Shown: positions 28,565 through 38,825 of the stretch, piece after piece
Layout of the letters: every line of letters starts with the position of its first letter
Numbering within the stretch: the first letter of the stretch is position 1
Sequence record: SRR22947727_787
Direction: 5' to 3' (one strand)
DNA: 41,614 nt
Position numbers and translations under genes: made by a program
Notes under the pieces: generated by a model
Told to the model about the DNA's origin: nothing
Databases searched by the model: none
Seen by the model: the letters and a program-made list of their open reading frames with translations, nothing else

Positions 28565-28600
28565 CCCCCCATTAAAAGCCTTTAAAAAAGCAGTAAGCGC

Positions 28601-29929
28601 ATGAAGATCACCAAGAAACAGTTAGATACGTTAAACGCAGAGATTAACATTACACTTGACCAAGCAGATTTCCAACCTAAGGTAGACACTATCTTATTGG
28701 ACTACAAAAAGAAAGCCAACATCCCAGGTTTCAGAAAAGGTCAGGTGCCTATGGGAATGATCAAAAAACAGTATGGTAAATCAGTTTTAGTTGAAGAAGT
28801 AAACAAACTTTTACAAGAAAAATTAAATAGCTACCTCACTGAAGAGAAATTATCTATTCTTGGAAATCCATTGCCTAAAGTTTTATCTGAAACTTTTGAC
28901 TGGAATGCAGACACACTTTCATTTGAATTTGAAATAGGACTCTCTCCTGAATTTGAAGTGTCTCTAAAGACTAAAAAATCAGTGACTAGCTACAAGGTAG
29001 AAGCAGACAAAAAAATGGTTGCAGATCAGGTATTATCTATACGCAAACAATACGGAAAAATCAGTCCTGAAAAAGCCGTTACCGCTAGCAGTGAAATAAC
29101 AGGTTTATTCTTCTCTGAAGAAGCAGGTATAGATAAAAAAACGACCATTACTTTAGACCAGTTAAAAGCAAAAAAAGCAATCACATCTCTTCAAGGAGCA
29201 GAAGTAGGTGCTTCAATTAGCTTAGACACAAAAGGACTTTTCAAAGAAGACGCTGCTGTTGCTGGCGCTTTTGGATTAGAAGCTGCTGAAGCCAAAGACC
29301 TTAAAACAACTGTTGTTTTTACCATTGAAGAAATTAACGAACGAACTCCTGCTGCATTAGACCAGGAATTATTTGACAAACTTTTTGGTAAAGATGTAGT
29401 GAAGTCTGAAAAGGAATTGGGGCAAAAAATAAAAGAAGACGCTGAAAAGCAATTCGTACAACAAGCAGACCAAAAGCTTTTGAATGATGTTACTGAAGCC
29501 TTAATTGCCCAAACTAAATTTGACTTACCTGGTGAATTCTTAACCAGATGGATCCAAACAAGCGGAGAAAAGCCCCTTACTGACCAAGAAGCCAAAGCAG
29601 AGTACGAAAGATCTGAACAAGGCCTTAGATACCAGCTTATCGAAGCGAAAATCATAGAGGCCAATGCGCTTCAAGTGAGTTTTGAAGACCTTAAAAGTTT
29701 TGCCAAAGATTTGATCAAAGAACAGATGGCACAATACGGTCAGTTAGATCCTAAGGATGAGGAACTAGACGGCATTGCTGCAAGGGTATTGTCTAACCAG
29801 GAAGAAGTAAAACGACTTTCAGAACAGATGATGAGCCAAAAATTAATCACACTATACAAAGAGAAAGCCAACCTTAAAGAAAAAACGCTTTCTTATGAAG
29901 ATTTTGTAAAAGAAGTTTACGGCGCATAA
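28601..29929 (+). CDS. tig: Trigger factor
   Basis: Ribosome-binding signature IPGFRKGQVP; tig-clpP-clpX synteny. Confidence 0.96.
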   Translation: MKITKKQLDTLNAEINITLDQADFQPKVDTILLDYKKKANIPGFRKGQVPMGMIKKQYGKSVLVEEVNKLLQEKLNSYLTEEKLSILGNPLPKVLSETFDWNADTLSFEFEIGLSPEFEVSLKTKKSVTSYKVEADKKMVADQVLSIRKQYGKISPEKAVTASSEITGLFFSEEAGIDKKTTITLDQLKAKKAITSLQGAEVGASISLDTKGLFKEDAAVAGAFGLEAAEAKDLKTTVVFTIEEINERTPAALDQELFDKLFGKDVVKSEKELGQKIKEDAEKQFVQQADQKLLNDVTEALIAQTKFDLPGEFLTRWIQTSGEKPLTDQEAKAEYERSEQGLRYQLIEAKIIEANALQVSFEDLKSFAKDLIKEQMAQYGQLDPKDEELDGIAARVLSNQEEVKRLSEQMMSQKLITLYKEKANLKEKTLSYEDFVKEVYGA

Positions 29930-29972
29930 TTAGCCCGGCGCTCTATCTGCAATCGTATAAATTACCTATCTT

Positions 29973-30006
29973 TACGGTGCTAAAAGCTCATGCTATTAGC
30001 ACCGTA
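29973..30006 (+). terminator. Stem-loop between tig and clpP (terminator or regulatory hairpin)
   Basis: TACGGTGCTAA-A-AGC-TCAT-GCT-A-TTAGCACCGTA followed by TTTATTT. Confidence 0.55.
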
Positions 30007-30031
30007 TTTATTTATCAATTAAGCACCTCAT

Positions 30032-30712
30032 ATGAATTACGCACAAGAGTTTAAGCATTTTGCGATCAAAGACCAGGGTATTAATGGCAACTATTACGAC
30101 GCTATTATGACCAGCATGTATCCGGTGGGAATGACCCCTAATATTATTGAAGAAAGACAGCTAAACGCCATTGCTATGGATGTTTTTTCTAGGTTAATGA
30201 TGGATCGCATTATTTTTTTAGGCACAGGTATTAACGACCAAGTAGCTAATATTGTTCAGGCACAATTGCTATTTTTAGAAAGTGCAGACGCGGCTAAGGA
30301 CATTCAAATATACATTAACTCCCCAGGGGGAAGTGTGTATGCTGGTTTGGGAATTTACGACACCATGCAGTTCATTAAACCAGATGTAGCCACCATATGT
30401 ACTGGTATTGCAGCCTCTATGGCCGCAGTATTATTATGTGCTGGGGAAAAAGGAAAAAGATCTGGCCTTACCCATTCAAGGGTCATGATACACCAACCAT
30501 TATCTGGTGCTCAGGGACAGGCAAGTGATATTGAAATTGCCGCTAAAGAGGTATTGAAAATCAAAGACGAATTATATACGATTATTTCCAATCACTCTGG
30601 ACAAACCTTTGATAAGGTATACCAGGATTCAGACCGTGATTACTGGATGAAAGCAGAACAAGCCAAATCTTACGGAATGATAGATGAAATATTATCGAGA
30701 GATAAAAAATAA
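30032..30712 (+). CDS. clpP: ATP-dependent Clp protease proteolytic subunit
   Basis: [28 protein letters not shown] (Ser), MIHQP (His), DRD (Asp). Confidence 0.98.
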   Translation: MNYAQEFKHFAIKDQGINGNYYDAIMTSMYPVGMTPNIIEERQLNAIAMDVFSRLMMDRIIFLGTGINDQVANIVQAQLLFLESADAAKDIQIYINSPGGSVYAGLGIYDTMQFIKPDVATICTGIAASMAAVLLCAGEKGKRSGLTHSRVMIHQPLSGAQGQASDIEIAAKEVLKIKDELYTIISNHSGQTFDKVYQDSDRDYWMKAEQAKSYGMIDEILSRDKK

Positions 30713-30717
30713 ACAAC

Positions 30718-31950
30718 ATGGCTAAAGACAATCTTGAATGTTCTTTTTGTGGTAGAAAAAAACCAGAAACCAACTTACTTATTGCAGGGATAGACGCCCA
30801 CATATGTGACAGGTGTATTGCCCAGGCAAATGGTATTGTTGCTGAAGAGACAAAACAAGACCAAGTAAATGACTTATCAGAGGAACTTACCTTAAAAAAG
30901 CCCATAGAAATTAAAGACTTTTTAGACCAATTTATCATTGGTCAAGACCGCACCAAAAAGGTGCTGTCTGTAGCGGTCTACAACCACTACAAAAGACTCT
31001 TACAACAGAATACCAAAGACGACGTGGAAATTCAAAAATCCAATATCATCATGGTAGGACAAACAGGTACTGGAAAAACACTCATGGCAAAAACCATCGC
31101 CAAGATGTTAAATGTTCCACTCGCTATTGTAGACGCCACTGTACTAACAGAAGCAGGCTATGTTGGAGAAGACGTGGAGAGTATTCTAACCAGGCTCTTA
31201 CAAGCGGCAGATTACGACCTAGAAAAAGCAGAAAGAGGTATTGTATTTATTGACGAGATAGATAAAATTGCTAGAAAAAGTGACAACCCTTCTATCACCA
31301 GAGATGTCTCTGGAGAAGGCGTACAACAGGGATTGCTTAAACTCTTAGAGGGTACCGTTGTTAACGTACCACCAAAAGGAGGTAGGAAGCATCCAGACCA
31401 AAAATTCATTGAAGTAAACACAGAAAATATTCTTTTTATTGCCGGAGGTGCTTTTGACGGTATTGAGAAAAAAATTAGCAAGAGACTGAACCTACAAGCC
31501 GTAGGTTACAGTGCCTCTAAAGCAGACGAAGGATTGGACAATGAAAACATCCTTCAATACATTACCCCAAAAGACCTTAAAGATTTTGGTTTAATTCCAG
31601 AGATTATTGGAAGACTTCCTGTGCTCACCCACATGAATCCTTTAGATAAGAAAACACTCAGGGCTATTTTAACCCAACCAAAGAACGCCATTATAAAGCA
31701 GTATGAAAAGCTTTTTGAAATGGATCATATTGCCCTAGAAATCAATGAGGAAGCTTTAGACTTCTTGGTAGAAAAAGCGCTAGAATACAAATTAGGCGCT
31801 AGAGGACTGAGGTCTTTGTGTGAATCTGTCTTTACAGACGCCATGTTTAGCCTGCCGAGTTCAGAGGAAAAAGAATTTAAGGTAGACAGGGCTTATGCAG
31901 AAAAAAAATTGCGCTTTGAAACAGCCAAATCTTTAAAAGCGGTTTCATAA
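30718..31950 (+). CDS. clpX: ATP-dependent Clp protease ATP-binding subunit
   Basis: CSFCG...ICDRC zinc domain, [43 protein letters not shown]. Confidence 0.98.
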   Translation: MAKDNLECSFCGRKKPETNLLIAGIDAHICDRCIAQANGIVAEETKQDQVNDLSEELTLKKPIEIKDFLDQFIIGQDRTKKVLSVAVYNHYKRLLQQNTKDDVEIQKSNIIMVGQTGTGKTLMAKTIAKMLNVPLAIVDATVLTEAGYVGEDVESILTRLLQAADYDLEKAERGIVFIDEIDKIARKSDNPSITRDVSGEGVQQGLLKLLEGTVVNVPPKGGRKHPDQKFIEVNTENILFIAGGAFDGIEKKISKRLNLQAVGYSASKADEGLDNENILQYITPKDLKDFGLIPEIIGRLPVLTHMNPLDKKTLRAILTQPKNAIIKQYEKLFEMDHIALEINEEALDFLVEKALEYKLGARGLRSLCESVFTDAMFSLPSSEEKEFKVDRAYAEKKLRFETAKSLKAVS

Positions 31951-32002
31951 GGCAATACACCCTTAAGAAATAAATTCCTGTATAATTAGCCAAGAAAACG
32001 AC

Positions 32003-33511
32003 CTACAAAGCCATTAACTCCTCCAGGTATTGCCTGGAGTTGGAAAGCCTAGGTATTTTATGCTGCCCACCTAATTTGTCTTTTCCCGCCAACCAATCAT
32101 GAAACTGTCCTGCTCTAGCCTTGTGCACTAAGGGCTCATTTAAAGTCATATTATTATACCGTTTTGCTTCATAATCTGAGTTGAGGGATTTTAAAGCATT
32201 ATCTAAAAGGGCCGTAAAATGACCCAAATCCTGAGGAGGGGTCCTAAATTCTATGAGCCATTCGTGGCCGCCCTTATTCTTTCCCTCCATAAAAATGGGG
32301 GCAGCCGTATACTCTATAATTTCTGTCTTGGTTTTTTTACAGACAATCTTCAAAGCTTCCTCTGCATTTTCTATGATAAGCTCTTCTCCAAATACATTGA
32401 TGTGGTGTCTGGTTCTTCCTGTAACTTTTATCCTGTGCGGACTCAATGAAGTAAAGCGCACGGTATCTCCAACCTTATAGCGCCACAATCCAGCATTGGT
32501 GGTAATCACAATAGCATAATTTGTATGAAGGGTCACTTCTGACAAGGGAATGGCGTATTCCGCTTCTTTACCGTAGGCATTCATTGGGATAAATTCATAA
32601 AAAATACCATAGTCCAACATAAGCATTAAGTCAGAGGCTTTGTTGAGGTCTTGAATGGCAAAAAAACCTTCCGAAGCATTATATATCTCGTAATAATTAA
32701 ACGATTTTCTGGGCAGTAGCTTTTTAAATTGATCCTTATATGGACTGAAACTTACGCCACCGTGAAAATACACCTCTAACTGGTCCCAAACTTGAAACAA
32801 ATGCTCATTCCCAGTTGTATCTAAGAGTTCATTTAAAAGCACCAACATCCAAGAAGGTACACCGGCCATACTGGTCACGTTTTCCTTAGTAGTCTCCGCA
32901 ATAACCGCAGCGAGTTTGGTGTTCCAATCAGGCATTAAGGACACCTTATTAGAAGGCGTAGAACTAAACTCTGCCCAAAAGGGCATATTGTCAATAAGAA
33001 TGGCAGAAAGGTCTCCAAAAACACTGCCATGAGATTCGTACAATTCCTTTGACCCCCCCAGCCGCAAACTTTTCCCCGTAAACAATTGAGAATTCTCGTT
33101 GTTATTGAGATAAATAGACAAAAGATCTTTGCTGGACTTATAGTGACAGTCTTCTAAAGATTCCTGACTCACAGGAATAAATTTACTTTTGGCATTGGTG
33201 GTTCCACTACTTTTGGCAAACCATTTTATAGGGGTAGGCCAGAATAAATTAGCCGTACCTCTCCTGGCTTGATCTATTAAATGCTCCATGCCTTCATAGT
33301 TGGTTATGGGCACACGAGCAGCAAAATCTGAATAGTTTTTAATAGATCGAAAATCAAAACTTTTACCTATTTCTGTGTCTTTAGCAAAGTCTACCAGTCC
33401 CATGAGCAACTCTTCCTGCACCTCAATAGGGTACTTTAAAAAAAATTCAATCTGATGGAGCCTCTTTTTAAGCAGCCAAGAGGCTACAGTATTAATGATT
33501 GGTATGGGCAT
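32003..33511 (-). CDS. GH3 family (acyl-acid amido synthetase-like, ANL superfamily) protein
   Basis: AKSSGTT P-loop-like motif, EIYNASEGFF, GLWRYKVGD, GGQHKIPRL. Confidence 0.9.
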   Translation of the reverse strand: MPIPIINTVASWLLKKRLHQIEFFLKYPIEVQEELLMGLVDFAKDTEIGKSFDFRSIKNYSDFAARVPITNYEGMEHLIDQARRGTANLFWPTPIKWFAKSSGTTNAKSKFIPVSQESLEDCHYKSSKDLLSIYLNNNENSQLFTGKSLRLGGSKELYESHGSVFGDLSAILIDNMPFWAEFSSTPSNKVSLMPDWNTKLAAVIAETTKENVTSMAGVPSWMLVLLNELLDTTGNEHLFQVWDQLEVYFHGGVSFSPYKDQFKKLLPRKSFNYYEIYNASEGFFAIQDLNKASDLMLMLDYGIFYEFIPMNAYGKEAEYAIPLSEVTLHTNYAIVITTNAGLWRYKVGDTVRFTSLSPHRIKVTGRTRHHINVFGEELIIENAEEALKIVCKKTKTEIIEYTAAPIFMEGKNKGGHEWLIEFRTPPQDLGHFTALLDNALKSLNSDYEAKRYNNMTLNEPLVHKARAGQFHDWLAGKDKLGGQHKIPRLSNSRQYLEELMAL

Positions 33512-33589
33512 TTACGGTATATTTTGTAGCTTGCTTAAAAATAGGTTTTAATTTGGTTTTCACCAACCGCAAAGCAGTTTTAAACAAAG

Positions 33590-34381
33590 ATGACATATCA
33601 GGGTGTTTTAAAAAAAATGCAAACAGAATTGGGCGCACCAATCCAGTATTATTTGGTTTTTAAAGAAGATTTTGTGCACCTCAACACCCTTCTAGGAAGG
33701 GTTATAAATATAGACTTTCATGGCTATGAATGTTTGAATTGTCATGAAGACAAACCCATCTTTAGGCAAGGATTTTGTAAAAATTGTTTTTTTGACACCC
33801 CCCAAGCTGGAGACTGGATCATGCGACCAGAATTGAGCAAGGCACATTTGGGCATAGAAGACCGAGATTTGGCCTATGAGCAGAAGGTTCAGTTACAACC
33901 CCATATTGTGTATTTAGCGAACTCCAGCCACTTAAAAGTTGGGGTAACTAGAGGGTCTCAAATACCCACAAGATGGATTGACCAAGGGGCACATGAAGCC
34001 ATAGAAATTTTGGAGGCACCCAACAGGTACCTGGCGGGAATTACAGAAGTAGCCCTCAAAGATCATGTAGCAGACAAAACCAACTGGAGAAAAATGCTTA
34101 CTGGTCAGACCCAGGATGAAGATCTCGCCACTGTAAGAGACCAACTGAAACAATACATTCCTCAGGAAGCCCTGCCTTATTTTTTAGATCAAAGCAAAGA
34201 ACAACACATGGACTTTCCTGTGAGCCAATACCCTGAAAAAGTGCAGTCTACAAACCTAGGTAAAACCCCTTCTTTTAGTGGCATGCTCAGCGGTATAAAG
34301 GGCCAGTATTTAATTTTTGAAGACCAGCGGGTTTTTAATGTGAGAAGCCATGAAGGCTATATTGTGAAGCTTTCATTTTAA
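33590..34381 (+). CDS. DUF2797-type conserved protein (CxxC..CxxC plus GIY-YIG-like segment)
   Basis: CLNC...QGFCKNCF, PHIVYLANSSHLKVGVTR, PTRWIDQGA, DKTNWRKML, GIKGQYLIF. Confidence 0.8.
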   Translation: MTYQGVLKKMQTELGAPIQYYLVFKEDFVHLNTLLGRVINIDFHGYECLNCHEDKPIFRQGFCKNCFFDTPQAGDWIMRPELSKAHLGIEDRDLAYEQKVQLQPHIVYLANSSHLKVGVTRGSQIPTRWIDQGAHEAIEILEAPNRYLAGITEVALKDHVADKTNWRKMLTGQTQDEDLATVRDQLKQYIPQEALPYFLDQSKEQHMDFPVSQYPEKVQSTNLGKTPSFSGMLSGIKGQYLIFEDQRVFNVRSHEGYIVKLSF

Positions 34382-34434
34382 AAAGACCCCTTTAATTAAT
34401 TTAAAGAAGGCTTAAAAATTTACCTAAAAACTTT

Positions 34435-35163
34435 TTACCAAGTGATCTCAGCTCCCTGCGGTAAATTAAATTTCTTTCTGAATATACCCACAAAGAGATA
34501 TAAAAAAGGGGTGTCCAAAGCCGCTACAATCACTTTAAAAATAAAGCCACTAGCGACCAATCCCATAAATAAATTCCAAGGTAAAATACCAAATACACAC
34601 AACAATAACACCACTAAAAATGTGTCTGCGAATTGAGATAAAAATGTAGAGAAATTATTGCGCAACCACAAATGTTTGCCTGCAGTTAATTTTTTCCAAA
34701 AGTGATAGAGACTGATATCTATGTATTGTGCCGCCAAATATGCCAACATAGAGGCTAAAACAGCTACCGGTGAAAGGGCAAAAACTTGTTCAAAAACAAC
34801 ATTATCTACAGGAGAAGCGTCCATGGCAGGCACTGCATTAGCCAGCAAGATAATACCCATAGAAAATACCGAGGCAAATATACCTGCACCCACTATAGCA
34901 TTGGCTTTTTTGGCACCGTAAATTTCAGAGATCAGGTCTGTGATTAAAAAAGTGATGGGATAAGGCAAAATACCTACGGAAACCTGAAACAAAGGCACGC
35001 CAAAAAGGCTAATATCTCCAAAGGGTTGCCAAGAGAAAAATTTCTGAAAAATTAAATTAGACACCACCAAAGAAGTAATAAATAACGCCCCTAATAAAAG
35101 GTAAATCTTTTGCGCATGCTCTTTTTGTTTCCCTTCTAATACAAATACCCCTTCTTGTTTCAT
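34435..35163 (-). CDS. Queuosine-precursor transporter family (YhhQ/VUT, DUF165)
   Basis: YPITFLITDLISEIYG, ASMLAYLAAQYID, LWLRNNFSTFLSQFADT, DTPFLY. Confidence 0.9.
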   Translation of the reverse strand: MKQEGVFVLEGKQKEHAQKIYLLLGALFITSLVVSNLIFQKFFSWQPFGDISLFGVPLFQVSVGILPYPITFLITDLISEIYGAKKANAIVGAGIFASVFSMGIILLANAVPAMDASPVDNVVFEQVFALSPVAVLASMLAYLAAQYIDISLYHFWKKLTAGKHLWLRNNFSTFLSQFADTFLVVLLLCVFGILPWNLFMGLVASGFIFKVIVAALDTPFLYLFVGIFRKKFNLPQGAEITW

Positions 35164-35216
35164 CTAAAATAAAAACCCTTATTAATTCTCAATATAAGTC
35201 CAATAGGAATTAAAAC

Positions 35217-36977
35217 CTACTTAATCTCTAACGCAAAGGGCATTCTTGCCTGAATGCCTTCTTGCTTTATGCGCAGACGCACTGTATTTAAGAAGCCAGC
35301 TGCATCTAGATGATTCTGAGACAAGGAAGCCAGTGATTTAATAGATGTGCTCACGCCAGACAAGTCTTCTATTAATTGCTCAAACGGAGACTTGTACTTG
35401 GGATAGTTTCTAATGCCATAATCAGATGCGCCACCCAATAAAGCCGCTTCTGCTATAGCCACGTCTAAGTCTCCAATGCCATCTATAAGCCCCCCTGCTA
35501 AGGCAGCCTCTGCAGTCCAAACCCTTCCTTGCGCAAGGGCGTCTACCTGGTCTACAGTCATACCCCTACCTGAACTGACCCTACTTAAAAAAGTCTGGTA
35601 GGTGTCTTCTATACTTTGAACCGTCAGTGCCCTGAACTTTTCAGACATAGGCCTAAACACAGAGTAAGTAGCGCCGTTGTCGTGGGTGGCAACTTCTTGG
35701 GCGTTCACCCCCCACTCTTTTGCCAATTGAGACATATTGGGCAATACTCCAAAAACACCTATAGAACCTGTGATTGTAGCAGGAGAAGCAAATATTTTGT
35801 TTGCCCCAGCTGCAATGTAGTATCCGCCAGAGGCGGCTACATCTCCCATAGAAACCACTACAGGTTTCACAGCTTTTGCCTTTTCAATAGCGTGCCAGAT
35901 AAGGTCTGAAACCAATGCACTCCCTCCTGGAGAATTCACCCTGAGCACAATGGCCTTAACACTGCTGTTTTCAACTGCGGCCTCAATACCTTCTATAGTG
36001 AGTTCCTGCCCAATATAATCTGCATTACCCTGGCCGTACAAAATTTCTCCTTGGGCGTAAACCACAGCAATATTTTCTTTTGAGCTGTAAGGACGTTTGG
36101 TCGCTGAATGACGAATATAGTCACTTAAAGCAACTGTTTTTGGCTTATTGGGAAGGGGTAAATCAAACGCTTTTTTTAGGGCCAAATCGTACTCATCTTC
36201 GTATAACAATCCATCTATAAATCCGTTTTCTAGGGCCTTTAAAGGGGTTCCGGCGACCATGGCCGTTACAAATCCATTGAGTTGCGCTAAAGTCATGCTT
36301 CTATCCTGAGCCATATCTTGAGCCATCACTTGCCAAAGCCCGTCTAACAGTGCTGTAAGCTGGGTTTTTTGAGCCACACCCATTTCATTATCTAAATAAG
36401 GCGCTACAGCGCTCTTGTATTTACCATGCCTAATAACCTCCATTTTTAATCCAGATTTATCTTGAAAATCTTTGAGGAACAACACTTCTGAGCTAAGGCC
36501 TTTTAAGTCTACAATTCCAGTTGGTGTAAGAAAAATTGAATCTGCCACTGAGGCCAAATAATAATCTTTCTGATCGTAAAACTCCGCATAGGAAAAAACC
36601 TTCTTTCCAGAGGTTTTAAAATCCGACAAGGCATCTCTAATCGCTTTCACCTGAGACCAACCTGCCATGAAATATGCATTTCTAATACTAATCCCCTGAA
36701 CCCTGCTGTCTTCTTTAGCCACTTCAATGGCCAATAGAATCTGATCAAGCCCCATTTGTGGGTTGCCAAATGCACCAAAAGGATCTTGGCTTTGGTCTAC
36801 TATCCTATCCTTTACGGATCCTTGAAAATCCAATTCCAACACGACTTTGTTGCCAATCACGGTCTGAGGTTCCATATCTGATAAAGCCGTTATGATAGAG
36901 AAGAACATAAAAAAAGCCACTCCAAAGGCGACTAAGGTCCCCAAACATGAGGCAAAAAAATTTCTTAAAAAAGCCAT
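35217..36977 (-). CDS. sppA: Signal peptide peptidase SppA, 67-kDa type
   Basis: N-terminal TM, YYLASVAD, GKYKSAV (Lys), LRVNSPGGS, SMGDVAASGGYY (Ser), ITGSIGV, QGRVW. Confidence 0.96.
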   Translation of the reverse strand: MAFLRNFFASCLGTLVAFGVAFFMFFSIITALSDMEPQTVIGNKVVLELDFQGSVKDRIVDQSQDPFGAFGNPQMGLDQILLAIEVAKEDSRVQGISIRNAYFMAGWSQVKAIRDALSDFKTSGKKVFSYAEFYDQKDYYLASVADSIFLTPTGIVDLKGLSSEVLFLKDFQDKSGLKMEVIRHGKYKSAVAPYLDNEMGVAQKTQLTALLDGLWQVMAQDMAQDRSMTLAQLNGFVTAMVAGTPLKALENGFIDGLLYEDEYDLALKKAFDLPLPNKPKTVALSDYIRHSATKRPYSSKENIAVVYAQGEILYGQGNADYIGQELTIEGIEAAVENSSVKAIVLRVNSPGGSALVSDLIWHAIEKAKAVKPVVVSMGDVAASGGYYIAAGANKIFASPATITGSIGVFGVLPNMSQLAKEWGVNAQEVATHDNGATYSVFRPMSEKFRALTVQSIEDTYQTFLSRVSSGRGMTVDQVDALAQGRVWTAEAALAGGLIDGIGDLDVAIAEAALLGGASDYGIRNYPKYKSPFEQLIEDLSGVSTSIKSLASLSQNHLDAAGFLNTVRLRIKQEGIQARMPFALEIK

Positions 36978-36997
36978 AGCACAATCTTTTATAAGAA

Positions 36998-37005
36998 CAA
37001 AGATA
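36998..37005 (-). promoter_or_regulatory. TAnnTTTG -7 promoter element of sppA
   Basis: Minus strand TATCTTTG, 20 nt upstream of the ATG, in a 63-bp divergent intergenic region. Confidence 0.6.
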
Positions 37006-37040
37006 CCGATTCTTAAATTCTTTTGTTACTTTGTTTTCTC

Positions 37041-38189
37041 ATGAAAAAAAATACCCATATCGCCCATTTTTCATTGGGCAGCAACCGAGGAAATAAAGCA
37101 TTAATGCTCCAAAAAGCCATTTATCTTTTAGAAGATAGGCTCGGAAGTATTATCGCCATCTCCCCTGTGTATAAAACAGCCGCTTGGGGTTTTGATTCTG
37201 AGGACTTTCTAAATTGTTGCGTATCTATAGCAGTCACTATGACTCCTTTAAAGGTGTTAGACACTATCTTAGAGATAGAAAACAACTTGGGAAGAAAACG
37301 CTTTGAGCAAGAGGGTTATGCCCCAAGAACCATAGATATTGACCTACTGCTCTACGGCACAGAAATTCACCTGGACGAGCGTTTACAGTTGCCACACCCG
37401 CAGATGGAAAAAAGGGCTTTTGTGCTCCTGCCTTTGGCCCAAATTGCCGCTAAGGCCATACACCCTATTTTTGATAAATCCGTGCAGTCACTCTTGAACG
37501 AATCTGAAGATTCAAGTGCGTTGGAACTTACTGATATTGTACTTAAAAAAACCCTAAGCTTACAAGATAGCGGGCTTACCTTTATAGCTATTGAAGGGAA
37601 TATAGGGGCTGGCAAAACCACCCTTTCTTCCATGATATCTGAAGATTTTAATGCCAAATTAATTCTAGAGGGCTTTGCAGACAATCCGTTTCTGCCTAAA
37701 TTCTATGAAGATCAGGCCCGGTATGCCTTTCCTTTAGAAATGTCTTTCCTAGCAGAAAGATACCAACAATTCACAGAGAGCACCTCTCAACTAGATCTCT
37801 TTAAAAATTTCATGGTCAGTGATTACGACATTTACAAATCACTCATTTTTGCCCAAATCACCCTTGGAAAGGAGGAATTCGCTTTGTACCGAAAATTATT
37901 TGGGTTCATGTACCAAGACGCTAAGGTTCCAGACGCTTATATTTACTTGTATCAAAATACGGAGCGCTTGTTAGAAAATATAGCGAAAAGAGGCCGTGAT
38001 TATGAAAAAACAATTGATGCTGAATACCTAGAAAAGATTAATCAGGGCTATTTGGACTTTATTAAAACACACCACCAAAACCACCAACTCATCATAGATG
38101 TTTCCGATCGGGACTTTGTGTCAAATCCAGAAGATTACCAATGGATTATTAAAAAAATAGCCCTGTTTGGCTTTTTAAAAAGCCGATAA
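37041..38189 (+). CDS. folK: HPPK (FolK) fused to a deoxynucleoside kinase domain
   Basis: N-terminal half: SLGSN, FLN, IE..LGR, PRTIDIDLL, LPHP..RAFVLLPL. C-terminal half: IAIEGNIGAGKTT, NPFLPKFY, KRGRDYE. ATG 37041 preferred. Confidence 0.93.
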   Translation: MKKNTHIAHFSLGSNRGNKALMLQKAIYLLEDRLGSIIAISPVYKTAAWGFDSEDFLNCCVSIAVTMTPLKVLDTILEIENNLGRKRFEQEGYAPRTIDIDLLLYGTEIHLDERLQLPHPQMEKRAFVLLPLAQIAAKAIHPIFDKSVQSLLNESEDSSALELTDIVLKKTLSLQDSGLTFIAIEGNIGAGKTTLSSMISEDFNAKLILEGFADNPFLPKFYEDQARYAFPLEMSFLAERYQQFTESTSQLDLFKNFMVSDYDIYKSLIFAQITLGKEEFALYRKLFGFMYQDAKVPDAYIYLYQNTERLLENIAKRGRDYEKTIDAEYLEKINQGYLDFIKTHHQNHQLIIDVSDRDFVSNPEDYQWIIKKIALFGFLKSR

Positions 38190-38708
38190 CTTTTTCCAAA
38201 AGTCCCAAACCACTACACCTGCACTTACAGAGATATTCAATGAGTGTTTGGTACCAAATTGAGGTATTTCTACCACACCATCACTCTCATTAACCACCGC
38301 TTGCTGTACCCCTTTGACCTCATTCCCAAAAATAAGTGCATAGGTTGTTTCTGGCTGAAGCGACATTTTATCTAGAAAAGTAGCCCCTTGAGCTTGTTCA
38401 ACAGACCACACCGCTATGGACTGTGCCTGCAATTCTTTGACCAATTCCAAGGTGTTTTCTCTGTATTCCCAGGCAACCGTTTCCGTGGCGCCCAAAGCAG
38501 TTTTATTAATGTCTTTATGTGGTGGCTGCGCTGTTATGCCGCAGAGGTAAATTTTAGTGACTAAAAATGCGTCTGCTGTTCTAAAGACAGATCCAATATT
38601 ATTGAGGCTTCTAATGTTGTCTAAGATTAATATCAATGGCGTTTTCTGTGCTGCTTTAAAACCAGCCACATCTAACCTTTCCAAAGCCTCGTTAGTTGTT
38701 TTCTGCAT
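38175..38708 (-). CDS. SpoU/TrmH family RNA 2'-O-methyltransferase
   Basis: LDNIRSLNNIGSVFRTADAF, IFGNEVKGV, EIPQFGTKHSLNISVS. ATG 38708 preferred. Confidence 0.93.
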   Translation of the reverse strand: MQKTTNEALERLDVAGFKAAQKTPLILILDNIRSLNNIGSVFRTADAFLVTKIYLCGITAQPPHKDINKTALGATETVAWEYRENTLELVKELQAQSIAVWSVEQAQGATFLDKMSLQPETTYALIFGNEVKGVQQAVVNESDGVVEIPQFGTKHSLNISVSAGVVVWDFWKKLSAF

Positions 38709-38825
38709 TTTGAGTTTTTTTATCCTATAAACCCCTATAGATATTAACAAATGTTTTGTAAAGCAGGGGAAAATAGTACATTGCTTCTTTATTTAAGGAC
38801 CAAAAATACACTAATTAAACCGCTT

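Noticed and set aside
35164..35216. Possible preQ1 riboswitch upstream of the queuosine-precursor transporter
   Set aside because: The 53-nt leader lacks the preQ1-I stem-loop and A-rich tail pattern.
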